From IMG/VR virus record IMGVR_UViG_3300045988_109836: 64,000 nucleotides of DNA; one strand, written 5' to 3'. Shown one piece after another: positions 8,637 to 18,909 of this stretch (its first letter is position 1; every line of letters begins with the position of its first letter). A program made the translations under genes and the position numbers. Below the pieces are notes generated by a model. It had not been told where the DNA came from. It saw only the letters and a list, made by a program, of their open reading frames with translations, and made no database searches. This DNA is from a virus.

Positions 8637-11600
8637 TAATCATTAAAAGTAAGAGAAGCATAATATGCTGTCGCATTCTCACTATACGATGGATAAACAT
8701 AACTCATATCCCATGTGTTCCCTAAATAATTCTGGTTAATACTAAAGAATGGTCTCAATTTACCACTTCCAGAAGCGTTATATTTGTTCCAGAAATTAGT
8801 AAATCCTACTATATTATATGGTATATTTATCCATTTACCACCATTTAGCATTTCAAAACAAAATATATTAGTAGGATGTATACCTTCTACATAGGAATTA
8901 GCAATAATCGCTCCTCCTTGTGCTCCCTTTTGTCCATTACAGAGAACAATCATTTTAGAACCATCTTTATTAAATATAACGTCAAGAACATAATAATTAG
9001 CAAGAGTGCTTCTTAATTCTGATACAAAGTTATCATTAATAGTTATTGATGTTGCAGCCCAGCCGTTTTCATTAACTAAAACGGAAGTGCTTCTTACTAT
9101 ATTTATTCCTTTCGACGCTCCCCCAGAACCCTTGCCAACATAAAACATAAATCTCTTATCTTTTGACATCCACACATTACCTCCCATATTGTTAGTAATA
9201 GAAGAAGGTATGTTATTGTAACAATGCCAATATTGCAAACTACTACTACCTTTTATATAATTCCATGTAGAAGAACCTTTCCATACCAATACATAAAAAT
9301 CAAAAGTTAGATTTTCTTCTGAAAAAGTCTTTTGAGGGCCGTATACAAACAATATCAATTGATGTTTGGACAGATTAATATACACTCTCTTGTAAAAGAA
9401 TATATTGATTTTTCTTCCAACAGTAGGCCCATTAACTTTTAAGCTATAAGAACTCATAGAAGAGCCGATATCCCAAGATTGAAGTCTTATACTAATTTGA
9501 TTGTTATTATTTGGTGTTTCGGGTATCGCAATTATTTCTTGACTATTAATGCTTTCATTAATTGAATTCACTTCTTCTTGTGTTACTAAAACACATAAAG
9601 AATTACGTACAGAATAATTATTACTATTTTGAAATACTGAACCTAAAGTGCTATCATTATCGCCTTTTACATAATTTAAAAAGCCTTTTCTTATATTCAA
9701 TTGCCCCCATGTTAACCTATTTGCACCACTAAATCCACAACATACGTAGTTCAAGTTTTGAAAATCACCATTAGAAGAAGGACTTAAATAAAAACTACCT
9801 TGTATATGACTATATCCATACAGTCTATATGAACCATTCGCTCTATTAGAATCAAAAAATGTTGAAACTCCATATACATTAGGGGAGTCAACGAAAAGAG
9901 AAGCTACCGTTTTTAGATTTATCATCTCTAATTCATTTACTTTACTGGGGTCATATGTCAATACAGCTGCACACGAACTACTTGGATATGTCTTATTTGC
10001 CTCTATAACTGGTTCTACATATAACCCAGAATACGAATTTTTACGAGATGTTGCGTCTCTTCCGAAATTACTGCTGCTAAATTCGTCCTTCACCCACACC
10101 CCTACCTTCAGAGCCTCTATTGTTATTGTACTGTCTTGAACAAAGGAGATTGAGGTAGTGGAACGGTTCGGATAATTAAAGTTTCCTGTTCCTGTTCCTC
10201 CCCATGTCGTGCTTCCTCCAGCTTCCCACCAGTAGTTACCCGGCTTTATCTTCAAAACTACCTGTCCGCTCGTGTTTGTAGTGCCGCTGTATGATGTACT
10301 ACTGTTGTTGCTTGACAACTTCACTATTACACCGCTTCCTACTCTTGAACCTGTACTCACGTTGTTTACGTTTATTGTTATCGTTACTTCACTCGGTGTC
10401 AAATTGATTGTCAAACCTCCTGTGTTATTGCTTGTCGTATTTGACGTGACGTATCTTGTAGCGGTTACTACATATCTATTTGTCAGTCCAGATACGTATA
10501 CAGTTGCTTGTCCTGCGCTGTTTGTCGTTACTGTCTGTGTTGCATGTCCTGCACCTACTTCACCAGAAGTCTGGTAACTACCATTTATACCGTACATATT
10601 TATTGTAGCACCACTTACAGCCGCACCTGTATAAATATTCCGCACTATCACCGTCATACTCTTTATTGCAGTAGAATAAAATGCTGTAGCGTCACTGTTA
10701 TGTCCTATATTGCTAAAATTATAATTAGGAGTGATGGAATACGGTGTTTCGGTTGTCGTTGTACCTGTCACGAAATAATTCGCCAATTTTGCCGTTATCG
10801 TTGTAGTAAGACCTGCTATCCATGTATATGTAGCCAAATAATACACTACGTTATTTGCCGTCAATGATACTGTTGTTGCTACTCCTGCCGTTGTAAATAC
10901 TGGCTTTACCAGATTAGCAGTTCCCCACCATCCTAATACTGGCGTCGAAAATGGTATTTTTAGCCTAAATTCTGTACCTACACTCTTCGTCAATCTTACC
11001 GCATTCTGTGTAGTAGTTGCCAAAGGCATTGTTATCGTCGTGCTTCCGGCTACCCAATAACTCGTACCACCACCCCATGACAATGTATATGAACCTACTA
11101 TCATTGGACCGAATGACACTTGACCGCTGCTGTTCGTCGTTCCGGAAAATGTAACAGAAGAAAGGCTCTTGTTCGTCAACGTTACCGGACATCCGTTCGC
11201 ATTTCCTTTTACTGCTCCTTGATAGTAGTCCTTTATGGTGAATGTTATAGAAGAACTTGTCTCGCTCATTTTCAGACTGTATGGGCTTGCCTGTCCTGCT
11301 GATAATGTACCGGATAACGAATTATAATTCGTTTTTGAGAATGAGTAGCTTCTTCCGATACCACTCCTGTATGCAGTCCAGTTACCGCTACTGTCTGTCG
11401 TTCCTGTCTGTCCGAAATAGGAACATGATACACCGCTTATGTTTGTTCCATAATTAGAACTCTTTATATTGAATGTAAGACGTGCAGTTATATTGAGCGT
11501 CATTGTCCAGGATTGATTTTCAGATACCCACGTCCATTCTTGGCTTGCATTACTATAGTAACTTGCATAGTTTTTCGACGTATAGGTGTAATTAATACCA

Positions 11601-14600
11601 GCATATACAGTATTTGACTTTTTACCGCTTCCGTCCAACGTTATTTCTCCTGCCGGGGCATTTGAACCAGTAGGTACACTTCTTACTATCACCGCCCCAC
11701 TTAAAGGATAAGTGGCGGTAATGTTTGGAATTTTCTCTACAACCGTCAATGTCACCGTCCTTGTCGTTCTGTTCATCGTCACTGTATAGGGTGATGTCTG
11801 TGTGGCGGTTACTGTTCCTACATAGTTATTGAAATACTGTGCCGTGGCAGTCATTTGTCTATCAAGTCCACTTCTGTAAAAATCTCCTCCAGATGCTTTT
11901 GTCTGTCCGAAATAGGTGATTGTTCCCAAAAGCGCATTACTTGTATTGTAAATATTTGCTACCGTATTAATAGTTATCTTCTGATTACAAGCCAGCCATA
12001 CATTTATAAGTTGCCCTGCTGATGTATAGGTAATCTTCTGGCTCGCATTGCTGTAATAATTCGGTCTTGTTACTGGTGATATTGTAATAGGTGTACCAAG
12101 ATAAGTCACAAAAGATACACTACCGTTCGCATCCAACGTTAACGGACTTGTAGAAGCTGCTGGACTGAAATTCATCTTCATAGATGAGTATTGTTCCATT
12201 GCAAAATTGACAAATGTATCTGTTCCAGAAGCTGCCTTTCTTGTTATTTTTACAGCATTTGAACCACTGCTATTGTTATATACATTTACGTTATTCATCC
12301 CTTTATCAAAAAAGAAGTCTCTATAGGCGTTTAGTATCTTGTCATAGGTACATTTACTTAAAATTGTAGCATCTGACGCATTTTGTACATTACTTCCAGT
12401 TATGTCGTATACAGTAGCCATTTCGAGATACCATGTAACTGGTCTGCTTCCGCCATTCAGATAAAAGAAGTTGGTTGTTGAAAAACTTCCAGTAGAACCA
12501 CATCTTACATAATAGGCATAAGTATACCATCCCCCTGTTCCGTTTCCATTATTAGAATCAACCCATTTTCTTACTGTATTATCTCCTGTTGCATTACTTG
12601 CAAAAACCAATTGTCTTCCTGCCGGAACCTTTGCTCTGAAATATGCTACAAATTCCTTGTTTGCTGCTGTTGGTGTACCAAGATAGAAGCCGCCTAATCC
12701 AGGCGTTACGGCAGAACTTGCATCCGTAGTGATTTCAAGCATATATTTAGGAGTGACTGGTATAACTTCACTTACCGACAAACTTACTGTAGCGGTTGAA
12801 CGTGTCATTACTACATTGAAAGGTGATGCAGTGCTTGACGTTATACTGCCTCTGTAATTGCCGTGATAAGTGGCTGTAACATCTACGTTTCTTGTTACAG
12901 AACTTCTATACAACGACACATTACCGCTGCTGTCTGTCTTTCCCGTCTGATGGAAATATGATACCGTAGCTCCACTTAGATTTGTTCCACTCGGCACATT
13001 TGACTTGACGTTTATAGTTATCTTTGCCGTTACCGTCAAATCCATAGTCCATGACTGGTTGGCGGCTGTATAGGTATGTTTCTGTGTCGGATTGCTGTAG
13101 AAGTTCGGATGTCCTACTACTGTAAACGTCATTTCCGTACCTATATATCCGTTGAATGTCACTGCACCGTTCGCGTTCGTAGTAAGTGTTCCGGTTGTAC
13201 TTCCTGCCGTGTATTTTATCTGCAAGTTCTGATAATAGGTTGTCTGTGCTGGCGTTACTTCTCTTACTACAAGTGTAACCGGATTGGCTGCACGTGTCAT
13301 TATGATATTGAATGGGTTTGGTGAGTTGTAAGCTATCTGTCCGGTATAGGATCCCAGATTTGATGCACTTACTGATATATTACGAGTGTTAGCACTCCAA
13401 TATAATACTGCATTACCGCTACTGTCTGTTGTCTTCGTTTGACTGAAATAAGTTACTGTAGCTCCCGACACATTCGTTCCAGGCACGTTGTCCTTCACAT
13501 TTACAGTTATCTGTTTTGCACAAGTGAGATTCATGTTCCATTTCTCACTGGATGTAGTAAATATATGTGTTTGTTGATAATTCGTGTAAAACGGTCTTCT
13601 GTCCGGTGCTGATATGGTGAATGTGATGGGAATACCTAAATATGCCTCAAAAGTGTTTTTACCTGCATCTACTGTTCCATTTCCTGCTGCGGATGTATAA
13701 GCAAGTGTAAAGTTGGTATTATTGTCAAGAATTACACTCGCACCACCTGGTATCACTTCATATTGCTGCACTGTCACTACATGTTTGTTTCTCAACATAG
13801 TAACATTAAGCGGTGAAGCCGTGGTAGGTGCAATGGTTCCATTTACTGTACTATAATCGTCCTTGTCAAGCGAATACTCTTTACTCAATGCAGACCTGTA
13901 CAACGAAGCGTTGCCGCTCGCGTCCGTCTTCACTATCTGTTCACTGTACGCAACCGTTACACCCTGGATATTCGTTTTCGCATATACATCTTTTACATTT
14001 ACAGTTATCTTTGCAGTCACATTCAAATCGAACTTCCAGATTATACCGTCTTCATTCCATGTATACTTCTGTGTTGGGTTACTGTAAAAGTTAGAGTAGG
14101 AATCAGTCGTGAACGTGTATTCGAGACCCTTAATCAATAACTCGTTCGTATATCCGTTCTCATCCAATGTCAATTTTATTGTTCCTGCCCTGGAAGTCAT
14201 TGTTACAGTCTTATTTGCAAGAAACGCTCTTCCCGCTGTACCGTATATTTCCGATACCTGTATACCTGCGTTAATCAGTTCGTATTGTACTTCTACATCC
14301 AACACTGTGCCATTCTCATTCTGCGGATGTATGAATGTATCTGTAGTAACTTCACCTGCAAGTACGGAATAGGTGTAATTACCTATCGGAACATTCTGCA
14401 TCGTAACTACACCGTTCGCGTTCGTTTCACCCTCAAACACGAGGTCTTTCAATACAGTGTTTTGTATTCTTACCAAAATTCCGTCCGGTGGTAAAACTCC
14501 TTGTGTAGAAACATTGAACGTTACCGGATATGACTTTGCAGCCAATTCTATATCCATTCTCGTTTCCGAACCCGTAGGCTTGAAATTCCCGGTCTTGGTT

Positions 14601-17600
14601 GTATAATATTGCTTACTTGCACTGTAAGACATATTTACTGGAGACAGATACATATACACTATCCCGTCTGTATTTGTCGTTTGTGTCTGATTTACAGACA
14701 TTCCGCTAAATACAACCGTTACTCCACTCAATTTCCCGTACAAGTCGGAAATCACATATACCGGAATTCTCTTTGAACATGTATATACAAGGTCTTTTGT
14801 ATTCGCATCTCTATAATTGATTATAGCTGTTGTACCGTTGCCGGAATAGAATCCTACTGGCTGCACCTGGAAACGTTCTGCAATCCCTGCATATACTGTT
14901 TTTGTAAATTGTCCGCTTGCATTCGTCGTTACGTTCACACCGGAAGATGTACTATTGTCGTTGTAATAGCATGCAAGAACAAGACCTGTCTTTACCGGAT
15001 TTGATGCTGTAGTCGAAATAGAGGGTATTATTTCTTTTACCGTGAATGTGACTGATTTTGTTCTTCTTGTTAATACTGCTGAATGTGTCTTGTCCGTAGG
15101 CAGATAGATGTTTTCTGTCTTGCTGTTGAAATTACTGTTTCCTCCTCCATAGGTTATCGTATAATTTCCAGGCGGTATATTGAAATTTCCATTTCCTTGC
15201 GATATCAATTGTCCGCTTGCATTCGTTGTTCCAGAAAAACTATATGCTTGTGAAGATGTTCCACCCCATGCACTCGTAACCGTTACCGGACAACTTTCTG
15301 CTGCTTTTGAATAGGGATTATTTGCTGTCAACGTCAGACTGAATGTCATTGCAGCATAACCCATGATTATATCTATATAGTCAACCGACAACGGGGGTGT
15401 AAATGTTCCGGTCTTTTTCGTATGGTCTGCCACTGTACACTCGTAGCTCATTGCGATAGGTGAGATATACACTCTTGCTGAACCATCACTTCCGGACGTA
15501 ACGGTTTGAGGCAGTGACATTCCGGACACCTTTATAGTCGCATTTTCAAGCGGTCTTAGAGTGTTCTGCTGTTTTACTCTTAATTCAAGTCTTTTTGAAG
15601 CTGTTATTTCCATGAGTGTAGGTACACTCGCTCCGAAATCCCAGTTCTTAATCAGCAACCCTTCGTTCTCATAGAAGCCTTTCTGTTTGATTGTCAACTG
15701 ATAATCAATACCTGGCATTACTTCCGGAAATATCTTGCCTTGTGCGTTTGTCGTATATTCTTTTACTGTACTATTGTACATATTTTTTACTGACACGACA
15801 ATTCCTGCTTTTACCGGATTGAAATTCAGTGCAGCCTTTTGTTCTGCCACTATCTTAACGGTTACCTGGCTTACTGGTGTTGTTATCGTCACATCCACAT
15901 AGAAAGACCTTGCAGCCGCATCACGTGTAGTGTTCGGCTGCACTGTCAGTACGGAACCCTTAAATGATGCTATATCGTCACTTGACACGTTAAACGTCAA
16001 TTCTGCGCCACCATCTGCAAAATTATATGGTTCGTCCTCACCGCCTAACTCTACCCGTCTGAATGTCTTTATATAGTCCATCAAGTCAAACGTTGCCCCT
16101 TTGTTGGGTATGATTAGGTTTTCGGGTGTATGGACTATATAATAATAGCTATCGTTCGACAACGTTTCTGCCGTATTCTCACCATTGAATCTTACTGTCG
16201 TCGCGTCACCAGATACACCAGGTATACTTTCGATTACATCTACTTCCGGCTCTATCTCCTTTCTCGTCATAGTGAAAGGAAGTTCTATGTCTTTCAGCTT
16301 TTCAAGTGTTACCGCCTGGTTTTCTACCGCATTGTAATATCTATGCGAAGCGTTCCAAGTATATTCCCCCGCCTCTGCTCCAAGCAACAACACGCCTATA
16401 TCGTTCGTATAGCCGGAATCCACCTTTATTCCCGTACCCTTGTTTATCAATTCGATATATACTCCAGAAATAGGGTCTTTTGTTATTGCGTCTGTCGCAG
16501 TGTATGTTATTACCGTGTCCCTCAACTCTAAAAAGATTGTTTCGGGTACATCCTGGTCCTTAATAGTCACCGTTCCGGTATATCTCTTGTAATTTCTGTG
16601 TGTTACCGTATATTCATAATCACCATTGGGTAATGTTATACTCGATACACCATTGACATTCGTTATATGCGTTTCTCCGTTAATCTGGATTTCCGCACCT
16701 TGTATGTAGTTACCGTTCTCTATGTCTCTGACAGTTAGTCTGAATGTATAGAATGCCTGTTCAAGTTCAATTATTTTTGATACCTCCGTACCATCCACAA
16801 CAACGAAGTCGTTGACCGACATATAACCGGACTTAAAAGCGGTATATTCGTATGTTCCATTAGGAAGGCTGACAATCGCCACACCTTCTGAATCTGTTAA
16901 ATATGTCGATTCGTTGATTTTTATTGTCGCTCCTTCCAACACCATTTGTGTTGCCGCATCCAATACGGTAAACTTTATGGCATACGGAATCGCGGTCATT
17001 TCAACAAGTATACAATTAGGGTCTTCTGCCGTTACCTCAATCTCCTTGTTGAGTTCTTGGTAGTCCTTTTTTACTACCTTCATTTCATACCTTCCTGTCT
17101 GCAATCCGATTGTTGCCTGCCCTTCCTTGTCTGTTGTCTCTGTAATATCCTTTATGATAATATCGGCTTCCGGAACATAAATATTTCTATTTCTGTCTAT
17201 TACAGCAAAATTAACTTCCTTGGTTGTAAGAAACATTCTTTGGAATACCTCTACTGGCTGGTTTTCTACTGTAAAAACACTCTCTATAGTTTGAAAACCT
17301 GCCTTCTCTAAAGTGTATTCGTATATACCAGGTTCGAGACTTATTGTCGCTGTTCCGTCCTCTCCTGTTTCAGATGTGTAAACACTTGTCTTTACCGTAA
17401 CACCTTGTAACGGTGCTTCTCCTTCATATACAGTAAACGTTACTGGATAAGGTGTTGCAACAAAATCGTTTATATTTATGTATATAGGGTTGTTCAAAAC
17501 CACAAACTCACCCTTCTTTTGAGTCCAGTTCGTTTTTGAAAGGATGTATTCATATTCCCCGTTTTCGAGAAGAATGTTTGCCGTACCGTTACTGTCCGTA

Positions 17601-18898
17601 ATGATTACCTTGTTTCCTATTGTTATATATGCACCCGGTACGGCTACATTCTTGGTATTTGTCACTGTAAACGAACACAAATATTTCTGTGACGCTATGA
17701 CTGATTGCGACCCTTTATATATATCACTTTCCCCTGCCGGATAGAAAATATTGGATAGACTGCTTCCCGAATCATACAAGATGTTTCCTTCCAAATCTCG
17801 CATTCTGAAACCCTTGATACGCGGCAACATGTTCAAAGGAACCTCTTCGTCAAAGTAGGGGAAGAAGTATTCATCTGGTACATATTTCACGCCTTCTGCT
17901 GTCTTCACGACTTCCAACAAATCATCCCATTCTACCTTTTTACCTGCTTCCCAGAAACGGAAATCAAGATATTTTGTCATTGCAATCTGGATATTTTTTC
18001 TTACATCCGCAATCACTGCATTAGGTGACAATTCCACACGGAAATCTACCCCCTCTTCACCACCTACATACATCCATTTTGCATTTTCAATCACTATTCC
18101 AAGCGTATTCCCTTGCAAGTCAAGTTCTGTCAATCCGAAATAGGGTGTTGCTTTTGTCAATAATTCTTCCAATTCATCATCCGTAAAGAAAGAACCGTTT
18201 TGCGTCACAAGGTAGATATGTGTCTTTCCATCCTCGCCCAAACCGACATTCATAACCTTTAGAATGCGTGAATCCAAATCCTGGAATATCTGTGTCCAGC
18301 CTTCCATTGTATCGGTGGAAAGCTTGTTGTTGTAATTTATTATTCTGTTTCTGAATGTCTCGTCGTCCTCATAGTCACGTCCACCAATAGCTGCGTATTC
18401 ATTAGTGCACTCTATATGTGTCAACGGTCTTGGCGATACCTCTGTAATACTATTCGCCTCCACATTCGTAGCCGACCCGGTTATAACACTGCGTACACTG
18501 ATATATCCATATCCCGACTTATCAACAGTAAACGGCTGGTCTACAATGAATTGTACTCCATTCTTTGATATAAACTTTGTGCCTACCTCGTACTGTGTAC
18601 CTGGTTCAGCGAATACACGTACATAAGTAGAGGAACCAAGCGCTTCTTTTCTCGGACTGACACCGAACAACGCTGCCGACTTGTCAAGATAATTTCCTGT
18701 TGCCGATTTCGGGAAAATCTGTGCCTCCACTATGGCAATATCCTTTATCGCTTTTTGTGCCACCTTTGCGGTGCCATAGGCAACACCATTAAGTACAGAA
18801 CCGTCCGCAATATTTGAAACACGGTCGGTCTTGTTCAAGAACATTTCAATCCACAAATTTTTTAAATTTGCAATCGTATTCGCTGTTTTAGTAATCAT
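8636..18898 (-). CDS. Giant baseplate-J-like/tail-fibre fusion protein (3420 aa) with the currently active C-terminal tip (cassette A)
   Basis: The N-terminal ~400 aa resemble Baseplate_J/gp6-type wedge proteins (AAIGGRDYEDDETFRNRI). These are followed by roughly two dozen CarboxypepD_reg/Ig-like repeats, judged by eye, including five or more tandem two-domain units such as NFYSNPTQK...ITVNVKD....GATV.Y..QT..TDSSGN..LYRS. A non-repeat insert of ~186 aa lies at about 12190-12748. The unique C-terminal ~484 aa follow the IR. Confidence 0.85.
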   Translation of the reverse strand: MITKTANTIANLKNLWIEMFLNKTDRVSNIADGSVLNGVAYGTAKVAQKAIKDIAIVEAQIFPKSATGNYLDKSAALFGVSPRKEALGSSTYVRVFAEPGTQYEVGTKFISKNGVQFIVDQPFTVDKSGYGYISVRSVITGSATNVEANSITEVSPRPLTHIECTNEYAAIGGRDYEDDETFRNRIINYNNKLSTDTMEGWTQIFQDLDSRILKVMNVGLGEDGKTHIYLVTQNGSFFTDDELEELLTKATPYFGLTELDLQGNTLGIVIENAKWMYVGGEEGVDFRVELSPNAVIADVRKNIQIAMTKYLDFRFWEAGKKVEWDDLLEVVKTAEGVKYVPDEYFFPYFDEEVPLNMLPRIKGFRMRDLEGNILYDSGSSLSNIFYPAGESDIYKGSQSVIASQKYLCSFTVTNTKNVAVPGAYITIGNKVIITDSNGTANILLENGEYEYILSKTNWTQKKGEFVVLNNPIYININDFVATPYPVTFTVYEGEAPLQGVTVKTSVYTSETGEDGTATISLEPGIYEYTLEKAGFQTIESVFTVENQPVEVFQRMFLTTKEVNFAVIDRNRNIYVPEADIIIKDITETTDKEGQATIGLQTGRYEMKVVKKDYQELNKEIEVTAEDPNCILVEMTAIPYAIKFTVLDAATQMVLEGATIKINESTYLTDSEGVAIVSLPNGTYEYTAFKSGYMSVNDFVVVDGTEVSKIIELEQAFYTFRLTVRDIENGNYIQGAEIQINGETHITNVNGVSSITLPNGDYEYTVTHRNYKRYTGTVTIKDQDVPETIFLELRDTVITYTATDAITKDPISGVYIELINKGTGIKVDSGYTNDIGVLLLGAEAGEYTWNASHRYYNAVENQAVTLEKLKDIELPFTMTRKEIEPEVDVIESIPGVSGDATTVRFNGENTAETLSNDSYYYIVHTPENLIIPNKGATFDLMDYIKTFRRVELGGEDEPYNFADGGAELTFNVSSDDIASFKGSVLTVQPNTTRDAAARSFYVDVTITTPVSQVTVKIVAEQKAALNFNPVKAGIVVSVKNMYNSTVKEYTTNAQGKIFPEVMPGIDYQLTIKQKGFYENEGLLIKNWDFGASVPTLMEITASKRLELRVKQQNTLRPLENATIKVSGMSLPQTVTSGSDGSARVYISPIAMSYECTVADHTKKTGTFTPPLSVDYIDIIMGYAAMTFSLTLTANNPYSKAAESCPVTVTSAWGGTSSQAYSFSGTTNASGQLISQGNGNFNIPPGNYTITYGGGNSNFNSKTENIYLPTDKTHSAVLTRRTKSVTFTVKEIIPSISTTASNPVKTGLVLACYYNDNSTSSGVNVTTNASGQFTKTVYAGIAERFQVQPVGFYSGNGTTAIINYRDANTKDLVYTCSKRIPVYVISDLYGKLSGVTVVFSGMSVNQTQTTNTDGIVYMYLSPVNMSYSASKQYYTTKTGNFKPTGSETRMDIELAAKSYPVTFNVSTQGVLPPDGILVRIQNTVLKDLVFEGETNANGVVTMQNVPIGNYTYSVLAGEVTTDTFIHPQNENGTVLDVEVQYELINAGIQVSEIYGTAGRAFLANKTVTMTSRAGTIKLTLDENGYTNELLIKGLEYTFTTDSYSNFYSNPTQKYTWNEDGIIWKFDLNVTAKITVNVKDVYAKTNIQGVTVAYSEQIVKTDASGNASLYRSALSKEYSLDKDDYSTVNGTIAPTTASPLNVTMLRNKHVVTVQQYEVIPGGASVILDNNTNFTLAYTSAAGNGTVDAGKNTFEAYLGIPITFTISAPDRRPFYTNYQQTHIFTTSSEKWNMNLTCAKQITVNVKDNVPGTNVSGATVTYFSQTKTTDSSGNAVLYWSANTRNISVSASNLGSYTGQIAYNSPNPFNIIMTRAANPVTLVVREVTPAQTTYYQNLQIKYTAGSTTGTLTTNANGAVTFNGYIGTEMTFTVVGHPNFYSNPTQKHTYTAANQSWTMDLTVTAKITINVKSNVPSGTNLSGATVSYFHQTGKTDSSGNVSLYRSSVTRNVDVTATYHGNYRGSITSSTASPFNVVMTRSTATVSLSVSEVIPVTPKYMLEITTDASSAVTPGLGGFYLGTPTAANKEFVAYFRAKVPAGRQLVFASNATGDNTVRKWVDSNNGNGTGGWYTYAYYVRCGSTGSFSTTNFFYLNGGSRPVTWYLEMATVYDITGSNVQNASDATILSKCTYDKILNAYRDFFFDKGMNNVNVYNNSSGSNAVKITRKAASGTDTFVNFAMEQYSSMKMNFSPAASTSPLTLDANGSVSFVTYLGTPITISPVTRPNYYSNASQKITYTSAGQLINVWLACNQKITINTVANIYNTSNALLGTITYFGQTKASGGDFYRSGLDRQMTATAQYFNNYVGTVTATQTSPYTVTMNRTTRTVTLTVVEKIPNITATYPLSGAVIVRSVPTGSNAPAGEITLDGSGKKSNTVYAGINYTYTSKNYASYYSNASQEWTWVSENQSWTMTLNITARLTFNIKSSNYGTNISGVSCSYFGQTGTTDSSGNWTAYRSGIGRSYSFSKTNYNSLSGTLSAGQASPYSLKMSETSSSITFTIKDYYQGAVKGNANGCPVTLTNKSLSSVTFSGTTNSSGQVSFGPMIVGSYTLSWGGGTSYWVAGSTTITMPLATTTQNAVRLTKSVGTEFRLKIPFSTPVLGWWGTANLVKPVFTTAGVATTVSLTANNVVYYLATYTWIAGLTTTITAKLANYFVTGTTTTETPYSITPNYNFSNIGHNSDATAFYSTAIKSMTVIVRNIYTGAAVSGATINMYGINGSYQTSGEVGAGHATQTVTTNSAGQATVYVSGLTNRYVVTATRYVTSNTTSNNTGGLTINLTPSEVTITINVNNVSTGSRVGSGVIVKLSSNNSSTSYSGTTNTSGQVVLKIKPGNYWWEAGGSTTWGGTGTGNFNYPNRSTTSISFVQDSTITIEALKVGVWVKDEFSSSNFGRDATSRKNSYSGLYVEPVIEANKTYPSSSCAAVLTYDPSKVNELEMINLKTVASLFVDSPNVYGVSTFFDSNRANGSYRLYGYSHIQGSFYLSPSSNGDFQNLNYVCCGFSGANRLTWGQLNIRKGFLNYVKGDNDSTLGSVFQNSNNYSVRNSLCVLVTQEEVNSINESINSQEIIAIPETPNNNNQISIRLQSWDIGSSMSSYSLKVNGPTVGRKINIFFYKRVYINLSKHQLILFVYGPQKTFSEENLTFDFYVLVWKGSSTWNYIKGSSSLQYWHCYNNIPSSITNNMGGNVWMSKDKRFMFYVGKGSGGASKGINIVRSTSVLVNENGWAATSITINDNFVSELRSTLANYYVLDVIFNKDGSKMIVLCNGQKGAQGGAIIANSYVEGIHPTNIFCFEMLNGGKWINIPYNIVGFTNFWNKYNASGSGKLRPFFSINQNYLGNTWDMSYVYPSYSENATAYYASLTFND
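10089..10169. repeat. IR-R: right copy of the perfect 81-bp inverted repeat, inside the 3420-aa ORF
   Basis: Exact reverse complement of 7049-7129. On the minus strand it encodes NRSTTSISFVQDSTITIEALKVGVWV. Confidence 0.97.
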
Positions 18899-18909
18899 TG
18901 TAAATATAT

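Larger units (their letters stand above)
7049..10169. other. Putative invertible DNA segment (3121 bp) holding two convergent fibre-tip cassettes
   Basis: The segment is bounded by the perfect 81-bp IRs, both of which are in frame with a fibre C-terminal ORF. It contains cassette A (8636-10088, minus strand, currently fused), cassette B (7130-8582, plus strand, silent) and a central bidirectional terminator. Confidence 0.7.

Noticed and set aside
8636-18898. A diversity-generating retroelement acting on the repeat-rich fibres.
   Set aside because: There is no reverse transcriptase in the window. I saw no near-identical template/variable repeat pair with adenine-specific differences. The repeats are diverged at the DNA level, and the only perfect repeat is the inverted 81-mer.
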